In this document: in pieces, positions 25,392 to 39,970 of the stretch
Position numbering within the stretch: position 1 is the first letter of the stretch
Layout of the letters: each line of letters opens with the position of its first letter
From: Eledone cirrhosa
Lineage: Eukaryota
NCBI GenBank assembly: GCA_964016885.1
Contig: OZ024740.1
Span: forward strand, 54,622,001 to 54,686,000
Length of the DNA: 64,000 bases
Reading direction: 5' to 3'
Notes under the pieces: generated by a model
What the model was told of the DNA's origin: nothing
Databases searched by the model: none
What the model saw: only the letters and a program-made list of their open reading frames with translations
Position numbers and translations under genes: made by a program

Positions 25392-25427
25392 TCTTAACGT
25401 TTCGGACGTTAGCCTTTCATCAGAAGA
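25392..25427 (-). ncRNA. Minimal type I hammerhead ribozyme, family H
   Basis: Minus strand TCTT-CTGATGA-AAGGCTAACGTCC-GAAA-CG-TT-AAGA, with an AACGTT palindrome. Stem II is weak. Confidence 0.6.
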
Positions 25428-25556
25428 AAGAATGAGAAATACGATAGATTGAGGGGACGGGTGGGATGGAGTTGGAAAAAATATCTTTAGATAAAAATAA
25501 CAGGTCCACTCATGTTGACATCTCTTGTTACACGCGCGCACGCACGCACACACACA

Positions 25557-25615
<59 letters not shown>

Positions 25616-25827
25616 GCAAAATTACGTGTGTGTGTACATGTGTGTTAAAATATTGATTACCTACAAACAGATACGCATAATGTGGATACATTTTTCTAGA
25701 CAATACCTGACCCTTGAGTTATTATATGTATATATATATATATATAAGTGTGTATATATATGTATATATATATATAAAGAATGAATAATAAGAGGTAGAC
25801 ATCATAAAAAAGGTAATTTATTCCGTG

Positions 25828-25939
25828 TGCTTACAGGTGTTTCCACGGTGGTACTACAGCCTAGTTATGCTATGTGCAAATTCACAAATACTTGCAGAAC
25901 TCAAATATCCAATGCTGTGACCACTGTTTCCTCAGAGCA
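25828..25939 (-). ncRNA. Type I hammerhead ribozyme with long stem II, PLE family B
   Basis: Minus strand TGCT-CTGAGGA-[ACAGTGGT..ACAGC / GCTGT..ACCACCGT]-GAAA-CACCTG-TA-AGCA. Second copy at 47696. Confidence 0.8.
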
Positions 25940-26434
25940 GAATGGTAAAATGTACAATGTAAATACCCTTAAGTGGGGTTGTTGGGGAAGATAGAGTAGA
26001 AAAGGAAGAGAGAAAAGTAGAGGAGAGGGAGAGAGAGAGAAAGATATGCAGAGGTTGGAGGAGAAGTAGGAGAGAGTGGTTTGTAGATATCTTAATCAAA
26101 ATGTTATTGTAGGGGTTTTATTATACTGGTTACTTTTAGAGAGATGCGTTGATAGTTAAGGTCGGAATTATTTATTGCCCCAGAGGGCAGGTTCATAGAT
26201 GTTGAGAGGGAGGTAGGCCAAAGGCGAGAGACAGAGAGTGTAATGGATGTAGAGAGAGAGATAGAGAGGGGACAGACGAAGTTTGTGTGGTGAGTGAACT
26301 TTGAGTTTGTAGTAGTAATCTAGGAATTGCACTGAGTTACCATTTATAGTGATAAGCAGTGTATTGTCTTGTAGTGTGGGGGGGAAGAGAATGTGGTTAG
26401 CTAGAAAGCGGTGTTATAGTTACGGGTTCGAATG

Positions 26435-27737
26435 TTAAGTTATTTTATAGTGAGAGAATTTAGCTTTTAGTTTGTGGTTGCAGTATAATGATCGTTCAAT
26501 TCTATCGTTAAGTAGTTTGTTTTGGGATTTTAATATGTAAAAGAGCTCAAGGTTACATAACCTGAAGTACTTCAATCCACTCCGATATGCACTTGCGCTG
26601 GAAAGTATATCCCATTTTAAGGTGAACTGTTGGTTGTGTTCACGGAGTTGCCAGGTCTTGTTGGCGAGCGTGGTCACAAAACGGTGATTAGGATGTTTGA
26701 TTGAGAATCGATGACGGTACCAGCGAGATTTAAACGAGGTGGTGGTAGATCCGATATAATACCATTTCTGGTCGTTCGATTCAACCGTGCATTGGTAAAC
26801 AATGTTGGACTTTAGGCATTCATTCTTCAATGGACATCTTTCAGGTAGATGACAGTTACATTCTTTGTTGTGGGTAGCGGGTATACCATGGATAGGTTGT
26901 GATAGCGGTGCAGGTGGGACGTGTAATACCCGTCTCCCATTTACTGGTTGGGAGGCAGATATTGCGTTCTGCCCATCTGTTACTAAAATGTTTTGTTTTG
27001 TAGAGTTGTTTAATTGCCTTAAGTTAAGTTTTTTTATGTATGCTTCAAGGTTTGGTGCCGTGGAGTATGATAGTCTAATAGTTTTAGAGTTCAGAATTTT
27101 GCTGTATTTATGGGAACTAGGGAAGTGTTTGTTGATTAACTTAAAGAATGAAAGAGATAGTTTTGTACTAATCGAGGCATTAAAAATAGGATTGTACCAG
27201 ATATACTTTCTACAACGTGATTTATTTGGTGGTGATTTTATATTATTAGTATGTCTGGTAGTACTGTATGTATGTGCTTGTATTTTAGTCCCCCGGTTAC
27301 GCATTCCTTGATTTCGTGTAGAGCTATGTGTGTTATGGAAATTTCTATCAATGTATTCTATTGTATCCCGGTGGTCAGCATTCCTTAATGCATTATTGTA
27401 GTATTCAGCGTGTTCACTAAAAATATCAGAGTTAGACGATAGGCGAGAGATTCTAAGAGAAATACTCCGGGGAACTGATTTGATCATGGAGAGTGGGTGG
27501 TTAGAGTTAAAATTGATATACGTAAGGTTCTCATTCACCTTGTGGAAGGGTCGTATCTGTCCGGTATTTAAATTAAGCGTTACGTCCAGAAAGTTTACTA
27601 CCTTAAGATTGTATTCGTATGTTATTTTTAGACCCAGTTCACTAAAAGATTTTCTAATATTTTTCCGTAGCCTTTCAAGATTTTGGTTATTCAAGTTATT
27701 AACTAATAAGAGCCCGTCATCTCTGTATATCCCCCCC

Positions 27738-27740
<3 letters not shown>
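26435..27740 (-). CDS. PLE RT C-terminal half + GIY-YIG endonuclease (5'-truncated; the ORF-track extension to 27985 is microsatellite)
   Basis: YRDD motif, CxCx5C linker, GIY-YIG motifs, C-terminal LNDR..CNHK. Confidence 0.88.
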
Positions 27741-27781
<41 letters not shown>

Positions 27782-27809
27782 AAATATATATATATATATA
27801 TGTGTGTGA

Positions 27810-27959
<150 letters not shown>

Positions 27960-28028
27960 AAAAAGGGATGAAATCGAAAATGCAACTGAAGTCTTATTTT
28001 TTTAAAAAATATATATATTTATTTGGTT

Positions 28029-28066
28029 CCTTTACCGGTTTCGCAGTTCTTCTGCTTTTCAAAAGG
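28029..28066 (-). ncRNA. Degenerate minimal hammerhead
   Basis: Minus strand CCTT-TTGAAAA(from CTGAAGA)-GCAG(AAGAA)CTGC-GAAA-CCGG-TA-AAGG. All three stems are intact but the core has two changes. Confidence 0.55.
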
Positions 28067-28094
28067 TGAGTTGAGATGGAGGGTCTGTGGTTTT

Positions 28095-28134
<40 letters not shown>

Positions 28135-28138
<4 letters not shown>

Positions 28139-28404
28139 CCAGTGAGTATAACGCGGAGTTACTGTAGGTTCACCCGGGTGAGCACTCGATGTTTAGGTTC
28201 GCGTCAGTATCATGGTCTAGAGTGTAATATAATAACACAAGGACGAATGGTTACTACTTCGTTTATTGGTTGATGACGCGCGTGTCGCTACTGATTAGGT
28301 CAAGGTTTGATCTGTATCGATGTAGCCCGATTCTGGAATGAGCTGATCAGTAGCGAAACGCTCGTCATCAACCAATATACGTAATGAAGGAGGGGACGTC
28401 CTTC

Positions 28405-28410
<6 letters not shown>
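28135..28410. mobile_element. PLE-like terminal fragment with inverted half-hammerhead (28264-28295 / 28346-28377)
   Basis: ATCAGTAGC-GAAA-CGCTCG-TC-ATCAACCAATA and its inverted copy, between (TA)n tracts. Confidence 0.55.
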
Positions 28411-28487
<77 letters not shown>

Positions 28488-28639
28488 AACATGTATATAT
28501 AAATACATGTGTATATTTGTGTGTATGTGTGTTAAAATATTGATTACATACAAACAAACGCGCATAATGTGGATACATATGTCTAAACAATATCTGACCC
28601 TGGAGTTATTATATGTAAATATATATACACATATTATTA

Positions 28640-29250
28640 TCATCGGTAGAGGGTCGGACGCCATGTTTTCCAGCATAGTTACGTCCCTTTACGATCTGAG
28701 TTCAAATCCCGCCGAGGTTGACTTTGCCTTTCATCCTTACGGGGTCGATAAAATAAAGTACCAGTAATGCACTGGGTTATTGCTGGCCTTGTGCCAAATG
28801 TAGAAACAATTATTATTACTAAAGTAATAATTGTTTCTACTTTTGGCACAAGGCCAGCAATTATCCCAAAGCGTGACTGGTACTTTATTTTATCGACCCC
28901 GTAAGGATGAAAGGCAAAGTTAGCCTTGGCAGAATTTGAACTCAACCCATAAAGGGCCGTAACTCTTTGCTGAAAAGCATGGCGTCCGTCCCTCTACCGA
29001 TACTGCCAATCGACCGCCATTGTAAAGTAATAATGGTTTCTTATATAGGCACAAGGCCATCAATTTTTGAGGGAGGGGAAAGTCGATTAAATCGACCCCA
29101 TTGCGTGACTGGTACTTTATTTTATCAACCCGTAATGATGAAAGGCAAGTTAATCTCGGCGGGATTTGAACTCAGATCACAAGGACTGTAACTCTTTGCT
29201 GAAAAGCATGGCATTCGACCCTATACCGATACAGCCAATCCACCGCCATT
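28640..29250. mobile_element. Cluster of three SINEs (+ 28640-28816, - 28826-29018, - 29028-29248)
   Basis: Three copies of the box B/core/tail family. The first two are tail-to-tail. Confidence 0.85.
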
Positions 29251-32200
29251 GTAAAGTAATGATAATAATATATCTGCTCCTTATTTGGTGAGCCATTTAT
29301 TGTCGAGAGGTTGAACTGCTATTTCTAGTGGACGATAACCCTTCATGTCTTTGTAAGTGCTAAAATTCATGTGTTGATACCATGTGCGTTTACACACTTT
29401 CAAGCCTGTATTGAGTGAGATTAGATGATTTTGAAATTCCCTCACTGATAATATGTTTCAAAATATCTAATTTCGCCGTTATTTCGTGAAATATATTCTG
29501 ATTTTGTGGAGAATACGTATGAGGGAAATATATTGATCGTTATCAAGTATTTTGTTTTGAATTTTTTATTAAATTTAATAAGATACTCAACGAATTATGT
29601 AATTTTACTTTCAGTGTAGATTGTCTTTAGCTCTAAATTTGGATTTGTCTTAATGCACACTTATGTGTGTATGAATATATTTCAATAGCATTCTTATAAT
29701 ATATACACACATATATTTGTGTGTGTGTATAGGTTGTCTGGGGGGGGGGGGTACGTGTGCGCATTACGTATAACTAAAGATACATGGTATGTTTAATAAA
29801 TATTTTGAAATATAATAAACATTTTGAAACCCAAGTTATGAATATTGAAAGGCTGGAATCAGCTAGATGTTTAAATCGACACCAGTGCCACCCACTAATG
29901 TCATCTTTGATAATAGAGGCTTCATGTGTATATGTGTATTATAAATCTTATATTGAAGGCATGAAATCATTACATGTTTTTTCCACGAAAAAAAGTTAGA
30001 AAATAAGGCAATTGTGAAGGGGAATTTGTGATGCATTTTTAAATATTTTTATCGTCGACCGATTAAAATTAATATACTGTTGAACATATATTTCAATGTA
30101 ATGCGGTTATATTTCCTTATATATTACCTTGTAAATTCCCTACTATAATCGCTTCAATATTCCTCAACGTCAGTGTGTACAGTGTGTAGGGGTGTGTATT
30201 TGTTTGCGTGTGTTTGTTAGCGGGTGTTTGTGTATGTGTGTGTGCGTGTGTGTGTATGTAATTGTGTATTTCAATGAACTATATGGATGAAAGACATCAT
30301 AATCGGCGACGAAACTGAAAACTAGATGCTTTTCGAAGAACGCATGAACACATTTGAAATATTGTTTCTTACCAAAATTACAGACGCTCATTTTTGCCTT
30401 TCCTTATTAGGTATTGACCTTTTTCAAATTTCTAAACACTACCGTAGCTTTTCACCAATTGTTCTATGAAATAATTAAATTATATTATTCACAGAAGACA
30501 ATGTGACAAATGATATAGCTGTAATACATATTACTTCTAATGTTCCATCATTTTTTCAAGGCTATTTTTACCATATGAAAGTCTGAAATACAATATGAAA
30601 TAACTTAAAATATACAACATTGTTAATATTAACATTATCTAGAACAACCATGTACCGGACAATTTTTCCGACCTCGTTTTTCTTTTTAAGCTCTATGCAA
30701 TGCTATAATGCGTTCATTTGTATAAAATAATAATATCTTGGATAATAATATTTATAATGTTTGTCATTGTTATCAGTACCAGTAAACTAATTATGAACTA
30801 GCTCTCTACAGAAATATTTGAGCAACAATGGTGACATTGATATAAACTATAATCCTGAAGAAACTCAATATCGCTGCAAACTTACAGGAGACAAGAAGGA
30901 AATAGAAAGGATGTGCTGGTTATAAAATATTCAACGTTAACAGAAGACAAAGCCTGGGAGTAAAATATGCTTAGCTTAACAGCCAAATATGCAATAAATA
31001 ACGTATCTTTAAGTAATTTCATTCTAGGCTTTTACTGAAAACATTTCAGTTGGTTAGCAAAAGTAATTTATTTACTGTCATTTGCTTTCGTTACCCACTC
31101 TAAGATATAGAGAATTTTTTTTTATTGTAAATGCTTAGCTTTATCTATTTTATTATTGAAGATACTTGCATCTTAAAACTAAAATATGCCCATAAATTGA
31201 TTGTTAAGTTATACATTATCAAAATTTTGTCAACAAAATCTCACACAGTCCTCATTTATAACAGCGACGTGAGAAGTTGAACTTCATATTGCATGAGCCA
31301 ATTTTAGTTTCAGTATCGAAATCAGTCGGCACTGCATCTTCAGAATGTTGCATTGTTTCAATGGTGTTTAGTTGATTCCTTCTGATCGATGATAGGGATT
31401 CTAATAAATGGAAAATCAACTCTCGTACCAAGAAATTATGCTTGTCCAATTCCTATTTTGATGGAATGGATCACTAGGATATTTATTGGCCGGAAACGAA
31501 GTGCGACGTTGATGATATTATACGAACTTTGAATTCTAGATTCGCTTCACATCGTCAGAGGAAAGCTGTCAACCTAGTGCCTTATCCAGCTGCGAATCAC
31601 ATAAACAATTATATACGTTTAACAAGAGAAATACAACTCTCTACTGCTTAATGAATGCAATTCAGGAGAACCAATGATTCGTTATACGGTTTTATTTTCC
31701 ATTCACACATACACATAAAATAAAAAATATACACAAGGCTGTGTGTATGTTAGTCTCTGCCTATATGTCTACTTGTCATATAAGTAGGCGTTTATGTGTG
31801 CGTCTGATTGAATATGTTTCTTTCATATATGTGTAGGTGCCTACATTGGTACATGTATGTAAATATATATACATATACATACACACACACACACACGCAT
31901 ATATATATATATATACATACAGACACATAAATATACATATATATACACACACACATATACATACATACATACATACATACATACATACATACATACATAC
32001 ATACATACATACATACATACATACACACATATATATATAGGCATGCAAGTATGGAGACGTTTATGCTTTTGTATGTGTGAGCTTATGTGATTATGTGTGC
32101 GTGAGTTGGCATCTGGCTTGAAATCTCAAGGGTTCAAAATGAAATCTGTTATCTTCTTAAATGTGCAATGGCATTAAGAGTATTGTGAAGGGGAGGATGG

Positions 32201-32758
32201 ATATACACTTCTATAACAATTAATATCCTCGTGAAATCTCGGTCGAGCTGCTAGCTCATACTAAACAACTCTATTTCGTCGCCTGAAGCCAGGTGACGTG
32301 AAAAGCCTACGGATACGGTTGGTAGTGCGTGTGTGGTCCCATTTAATTGTGCAGGTGTAATAGTAATACTGAATGGAATAAGTCAGAAGGATGTGTTAGA
32401 AAAATATAAAAGCTGTGAGGTGTCAGGTGAAGAACCCTTAAGCAATTTAAGCATTATAAAGACCAACTACAACAAAGCCTTGTGTTTAAGAAAACTATAT
32501 ATTGTTGCATTATTTACCTAAGAATATTTTTTATTATTTGCCTCTCGAATCCTAATTTACTTTCGTTAGAATAATTCTTGTGTCAGTAGTATAGTTATAT
32601 ATGTTTGGAAAATGTACATTCGTACTAAACAGATTTACCTTCGTAACAAGCACGTTATTCGGTGATAGATGTGTTGTTTATGGCGTATATATATATATAT
32701 ATGCATACATACATACACACCACACTCACACACACATACACGCACACACACACACACA

Positions 32759-32813
<55 letters not shown>

Positions 32814-33099
32814 TGAAAGAGAGAGAGAGAGAGAGAGGGGGGGGAGAGAATGAAAATGACAATCACTTATGATCTTTTCATCCTAGCATAAGGCCGGGTT
32901 CATCGGAGTAGCTAACAAAGGTCAAACAAAAATATAACATCAAAACTTTGACACAGGAACAACCTAAATAACAATTCATAACCAGTAGATACGCTTAACA
33001 ATCTTGTTCCTAATAATTATTAATGTATCATTCCCATAATACATTAATATCTAGGTCTTGCAGAAATATTAATAGCATTGTAGCACTCATATATATATA

Positions 33100-34800
33100 T
33101 ATATAATTCTAATAACTCTTCGGACCTTTACCCACAAAACTGTAATCAATAACTATAACTTCAATGTATTCCCTCTTAATGGAAATTGCCTTGTCAAGAA
33201 TATAGTTTATTCCTGTACTGTCACCACTTCCACCAACTCCAAAACCTATATCCGTACAACTTAGAATAGTTTTAAGACGAGGTACAATTCCCACCTTCAT
33301 ACTTTCAAAAACTCTAAGCTTAAGCATGCAACTTATTTATCTAGTTTTATATCGTTTTTAAAGAGTAATAATACATCTTACACCCTGACCTAGAACGTGA
33401 TTGCCAAAACCTCTTCTTATAAACCTCCCAATAACTCTTGTAACCGTTGCCTTCTTGAGTGTCATACTATTGTTTATTCTAAACTAAATTTATTAAATAG
33501 GAAATTTGAATTATTTTCCGACTGAACTCATATTAATCACCATTTCTTTTCACTGTTTCAAACCTATTAACAAATTTATATCAATGTAGATTTATACCTT
33601 ATGTTCTTCAGTAACATTAGTATCATTGTATGATGATTATTTAATTGCACTTTTAAACCTAAAGTTTTATAATATATAGTGTCTACCATTCTTCACACAT
33701 CCCCGCTCTGATCCCTTCTATTGCGATTACAATTTATTATAACCACCCCTTCACATTTAGGCAACTTGGCCTCGTGCTAAAAGTAGAAACAATTATTACA
33801 TTGTTTCCAAATAAGCCCCACTTATATTTATTTTTGCTAATATTAAATATAACAACCATTGCCCCACACTTTATTTTTATTTAGTATTATCTTTTCAATA
33901 CTTGTATAATTAAATAGCATAATACTTCATCCTTTCATATTGCTTGACATTTCAAGTATATATAATTACTTTGTTTAATAATTCATGACATTTTAGTGTA
34001 CATAGATATTTTTTTTATCTGTATTTTGTAAGCTTATTTTTTTTAATTCTTTACTTCTACAGCCATTAGCCCTAAAATAAAATTGTTAAGTCGATATATC
34101 TTTACATAATAAATCTTTCTATTTTTCCTTATTGGGTATGTAGTAACTCTCTAATATATCGAATATATAGAATATTTTACATGAATTGACTCTCCATTAT
34201 TTTTATTTCGCCTGAACCGTTTTTGTTTTAGGATTAATTTTTCAAATTGGATGCTAAGATGGCTGTTTCTACGCTTAATGATATATGACTCTGTCTCCTC
34301 CATTCAAATATGTGGTACTTTTGGTTCATGCGACTTGATAACACTTCAATGTATATTTTATTTTGTACTTTGATGATTGTATTTACTCAAAATTAACTCA
34401 TTTGTACCGTTTGAAAAATAATAATAATTATTATGATTGAATTACGTAGTCGAACTTTCTAAAATGCATTATTAAAATTATTTTTTGGAGATGTATTTTT
34501 AAATTTATATTTGAATGCATGCCTTCTCTTATTAACTTTATTAATTTTCTTAACTAATTATAATATATGTTTTTCTGTAGCAGCATATTCTCTACATTTT
34601 CTGTAACAGCATGTTTTTATTTTTTTTTAAATTTGTAATGCTTTCATCTGCTCCCATTTTGTATTGCATTTATAATGCTTCTATTCTTCATATGCTTCTT
34701 CCGCCTCCATTATCTCATATAAATGTTGATACTTTTGCCTCCCACATTATGTATCCTCCTAATGTTCTTGTGACAAAGTTTTGGTATTATATTTGTGTTT
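33100..34800 (-). mobile_element. Possible highly degraded AT-rich LINE fragment
   Basis: Strong strand asymmetry and coding-like fragments (for example YWEVYKKRFW), but no clear catalytic motif recovered. Confidence 0.25.
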
Positions 34801-36445
34801 AACCTTTGTTATCGAATCTGACGAATCCGTTCTTGTACTAGGATGAAACGATCGGAAGTGATTAAATGTTTTAAACTCTCTTTGATTATCATTTTCATTG
34901 TATTTCGGCTCTGTAGTATACATGTTATTTTACATTGAGCTAATATCATATTTGTAACTGGGTAATATTTAATATTAACAAAATTACATATATATTTATA
35001 TGTAGCTGCAATTATATATATATACATATATAAGCACATATATTGCATGATAACGTGCTTGTTATGAAATTAAATTTATGTAGTAGGAATGTATATATTT
35101 GCAAATATGTAAAAAACAAAAACTCCTATATTTCTGCAACAAGGAAACTCATCAAAACCTTATTCGAGTACTAAATGCTGCAACGAAAAGCCTGAAGTAT
35201 CGGATACTTTTAAATATATAAATGCGTAATGCAGTATAATATCGGTCGAATATTAAGATCATTTTTCCTGTTTATTCTTTGAGTCTTTTTCTCCTTATCG
35301 GCGATATTTCTAAGATGTCAGAAAACTGCAAACATTTCTTGGCGAATTGAATGATAGATAGTCGCTTGTTCCGTCTTCGGATGCCCTAGCATCGATAGCA
35401 CAACTCAGTTGAGATGATAGGAGGACAGTACAATTTCAGAGAGACATCAGTGCCGCATACTTTCCTTGTCCGATATGAAATCTTTTCATTTTGTGATGAG
35501 CTAAAATATGGTCAGTGGTGGGTTTTGAATTCTTATACAGAATATGAATGGAGAACGCAAAATGTCGAAAGAGATATCGCAGTGTGGCACATCTGTTACT
35601 CTACCAAATCCGTCAATTGGCCAGTCGTGGGATTTATATTCGGAGCGCAGAAACACATAGTGCCAGTCATTTTATCCGACATTCTAATGATTCTGGCAAA
35701 TCTCTGTAGATAATCCAAATTGGTTTCTCTGTGAAATGCATTGCATCTCGTCCCCATCATAAGAAATAAATATCCTACTGTTTAATTAATTTTCTGTTAC
35801 CTTTTGGTGACAGATAGTTCGACTAATTTTTCCCGGATTTGACTCTTTTCATATTTATTCCTTTGGAAGTAATATGGGGTAGTCAGTTTATTTGTGTGTT
35901 TATTAATTTCATTCAGTTATTTAAATTAAAACGGATCTTTCGTACGTTCGTTACGCTGACAGTTTTTATTGTTGTTACGGCTGATCTTGTCCATGCTAAG
36001 CTGTAGCTCAATAATGGTTGGGCAAACGTATGATTTGTCGTTACATTACAGCCTTTACCACCTCATTTTAGAAGTATGTTGGATTGCGTGTGTCATTTTT
36101 ATTTTTAAGAGAATGAAGCGTGATTAGGTATAAGCGGAAGAGAATAGAGAGAGGGGTTTACCTGCTATTTGTAGTCAAACTTATTGAGCCCATCTGCATT
36201 GTTGAGGCTTCCAGAAGGACCAAATTTTTTCATATAAATATATATATATATATTATGTAGTTTTCAAAGCTATATTAAATTATTTCATATTCATCATTAC
36301 AACATCAGTCGTAAAACTCTATATTCCAACTTCTTTTTAACAATTTGTTGGATACTTTCGAGAAATTGTTCTTCGGATCTCACTAATGTCATCCATTAAG
36401 TACATACATCAGGGTTGTGTCGAGATTAGACATCTTTACACACAC

Positions 36446-36544
<99 letters not shown>

Positions 36545-36557
36545 TACATATATATAT

Positions 36558-36591
<34 letters not shown>

Positions 36592-36611
36592 TTATTAAAA
36601 TAACAGATTAA

Positions 36612-36662
36612 AGTTTAAGCAAAGAATCGCTGCTTTCACCCTTAACGGGATCTTCTGAAACT
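36612..36662 (-). ncRNA. Hammerhead motif (CAGAAGA core), inverted copy, PLE family C
   Basis: Reverse complement of 40065-40115. Confidence 0.65.
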
Positions 36663-37221
36663 AACAAAGTCAATCTGTAAACGCAGAACTGGATATTTAA
36701 AAAAACGTCGCAACCGGAGGAAGACAGGAAGACGAAACTTTGGTTCGTGGAAACGTTCGCTGGCAAAGAACGGGAAAAAACGAATAATACGTCATTTATA
36801 GGAGCGGTGAAAAACAATTACGCGCAAAGACAGAACCACGTTTATCGTATAAAAGAGGTCGTAGACTAATGTTCTCTTAGGTGGTGCATAGAGCAGTTCC
36901 CTGGCAATGAGCGAAAAAACGAAGATAATACGTCATATGTGGACCGTGGAGAACAATAGCACGCAAAGACAAAACCACGTAAATGGTATAGCAGAAGTCG
37001 TAGACAAAAATTCTAACTAGGAGATCAAATGGATCTCCGCTACAGAGTTAAGAACAAAGTAAATAAATACAATACAGAAGTAATAGAAATAAAAAAATAC
37101 ATACACGCAAACAAATACGAACATACACAAGCATACGCAAAAACTTACCATAGGTATACAAAACCACGCACATATAAATATGTATGCGTGTATACAAATA
37201 AATAAATAATTATATAAACGT

Positions 37222-39137
37222 CCTTCGAAAATGATGTCTTGGAACTCATTCGGAGTATCAAATATCGGAATAGGAGCAATTCCTTCCAGCAAGACCTGAA
37301 GAATAGAATTCGTTCAATTAAGGATTCTAACGCCGTGCACGTCCATTCGGACAAAATTGGCAACCTATATCAAGTGGAGCGCAGTACTTACCATCAACTA
37401 CTACATAATACTGTAACTAAGGATTACCGTAAAACTAATCGGTCCGTCATCAATGAAATCAACGATGCCCGGTTTAAAATCACATCTGATCTCAACATCC
37501 TGGACCGGACCGAACCTCTGGACCCTATTTCCCCCCACTTTAACCTGAAGGATCACAAATCCAATTTTCCGAACAACCCCTCGATTCGGCTTATTAACCC
37601 TACGAAGTCCGATTTAGGTAGACTTAGTAAAACGATTCTTGATAGAATTATACCTGAAATTAGAAGTTTGGCCCCTCTTGCACTGTGGAACAATTATTTC
37701 GCGGTGATTGATTGGTTCAACGGCATATGTAACAAGGAACATTGCCGTTTTATCCAATTCGACATCAACAATTACTACTCCTCCATCACTTTACCACTCC
37801 TCCTTAGAGCTATCAATTTCGCTAAAACACTCACAGTGGTTAAGGGTTTCGAAATTGATGTCATCCTCAATGCCCGAAAGTCGGTGATTAATTTCGACGA
37901 CTCTATTTGGCTAAAAAAATCCAATAGTACCCCATTCGACGTGAGTATGGGCGCCAGTGACTCTGCGGAGGTTACTGATCTTATTGGCCTTTTCCTTCTT
38001 TTCTCTATCAAGGACGAATTCCCCAACGCGGGCGGTGGTTTGTATCGTGACGATGGTCTTTTGACCATGACTAAGTGCGGACCTCGTGCTTGCGACAGGT
38101 TCAGAAAAGAACTCACAGCCTTCTTTAAAGGCTTCAACCTCTCTATACAGGTTGAGGCCAATCTCTTGGTCGTTAATTACCTCGACGTTACCCTCAATTT
38201 ATTGAATGGGTTGTATTACCTGTACAGAAAGCCGAATGATACGCTTAATTACATAAGTAAGCATTCCAACCATCCTGCCAGCATAACCAAGAACCTGGTA
38301 AGAAACGTTTCGTTGAGGCTTTCCCGTCTTTCCACCAACGAGCGTATTTTCAACGACCATTCCACTTATTACAATGAAGCTCTGGCTCGAAGTGCATTTG
38401 TCGATAAGGTAGCATATACAGAGTACGAAAATAGACCTAGAAGTAATAGATCCCGTCGCATTTGTTGGTATAACCCACCATATAATATGGAGGTGGCCTC
38501 ACCTTTAGCTAAGATCTTTCTTTCCCTTATTACGAAGCATTTTCCCCCTACACATAAATACAGTCAAATTTTTAATAGAAATACTATTAAAATTCCTTAC
38601 TCTACGACTCCTAACCTTGCACATAACATCACAGCTTCAAATTTAGCTAAACTACCTAGCCGTAGGTACACGTGCAACCCTGTAGTTAGTACTAACTGTA
38701 ATTGTAGGAATCGGGCTGATTGCCCTCTATCCGGGAAATGCCTCTCTAGCAACATTGTCTACAAATGTAAGGTTGTAACACCCACGTCCCGTAGGGCCTA
38801 CATAGGGTTAACCGCCAATAGTTTCAAGCAGCGTCTATACATGTATACCTATTCTCTTCGTTAACCTCTAAGAAGGAATATGACGTCACTTTCAGCTTAT
38901 ATCTGGAGTCTAAAAGACAACCACATCCAATATAAGTTACACTGGGAGATCCTAGCTAGGGCTAGATCGTATAACGGGAATAAAAGACCATGTGACCTCT
39001 GCGCCGCTGAGGCCCTGGAAATACTCTACGCCACAGACCACATCTTAAACAAAAAATCTGAGGCAATTTCGGCTTGTAAACATAAATTGCACAAAGCTTT
39101 CCTGTATTACAGCCCCACGTTATACCCTAACGGATAG
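37222..39137 (+). pseudogene. PLE RT + GIY-YIG endonuclease, one in-frame TAA (38862-38864), N-terminus truncated
   Basis: Motifs LKDHK, IRLINP, FIQFDINNYYSSI, MGASDSAEVTDLIG, GLYRDDGL, YLDVTL, WYNPP, CNCRNRADCPLSGKC, NIVY..AYIGLT..FKQR and CDLC..LNKKSE..CKH. 38880-39137 continues in the same frame. Confidence 0.93.
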
Positions 39138-39721
39138 TACGATCTATACGTGGATTTTTTACGTCTTGATGTGGTAGCTAAGTATATGTTTTGTTTATTC
39201 CTTTACTTATTTGCATAGGTAAGTATATATTACCCGTATGTTTTGGGAAGGTACGTATACCTTCCCGTACGTATATTTGATTGTTATTGCGTATAATTTT
39301 CATATATTCTGGTACATATGATTTCGCTATGTGTATACGGGAGTTTTGCGTCTGTGTGAGTATGCAGGTTCGTACGTATGGTGGGTGTGTGTATATGTGT
39401 ACTTTATGTTTTAGTTGACTTACGTCTCCGAACATTCGTGTATTTATATGTAGGTATGTGTGTGCGCTTGTTATATACGTATTTATTTATTTATATACGT
39501 TTATATAATTATTTATTTATTTGTATACACGCATACACACACACATATTTATATGTGCGTGGTTTTGTATACCTATGGTTAAGTTTTTGCGTATGCTTGT
39601 GTATGTTCGTATTTGTTTGCGTGTATGTATTTATTTATTTCAATTACTTCTGTATTGTATTTATTTACTTTGTTCTTAACTCTGTAGCGGAGATCCATTT
39701 GATCTCCTAGTTAGAATTTTT

Positions 39722-39970
39722 GTCTACGACTTCTGCTATACCATTTACGTGGTTTTGTCTTTGCGTGCTAGTGTTCTCCACGGTCCACATATGACGTATT
39801 ATCTTCGTTTTTTCGCTCATTGCCAGGGAACTGCTCTATGCACCACCTAAGAGAACATTAGTCTACGACCTTTTTTATGCCATAAACGTGGTTCTGTCTT
39901 TGCGCGTAATTGTTTTTCACCGCTCCTATAAATGACGTATTATTCGTTTTTTCCCGTTCTTTGCCAGCGA
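39722..39970 (+). repeat. Diverged ~139-bp tandem duplication in the PLE-C 3' UTR
   Basis: GTCTACGAC..ACGTGGTT.TGTCTTTGCG..ATGACGTATTAT..TTGCCAG occurs twice. Confidence 0.75.

Larger units (their letters stand above)
25778..27740 (-). mobile_element. Penelope-like element family B, 5'-truncated at the RT catalytic motif, in (TA)n
   Basis: Open frame from GGIYRDDGL through [34 protein letters not shown] and NIVYQC..YYIGST..FKSR to the stop at 26435. 3' UTR carries an HHR. Confidence 0.93.

Noticed and set aside
31240-31620. piggyBac-like ETKCDVD fragment
   Set aside because: A single weak motif with no TIRs, TTAA pair or supporting domain.
34815-34860. CTGACGA-ATCC/GGAT-GAAA-CGATCG motif
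   Set aside because: Probably a decayed HHR, but U16.1 and stem I are missing, so it was not annotated as a feature.
35300-35760. Possible Tc1/mariner DDE remnant
   Set aside because: Too degraded, and no consistent frame or termini were found.
38862-38864. Selenocysteine or read-through codon in the PLE ORF
   Set aside because: The stop is TAA, not TGA, and a nearby conserved His is also changed, so it is more simply a mutation.
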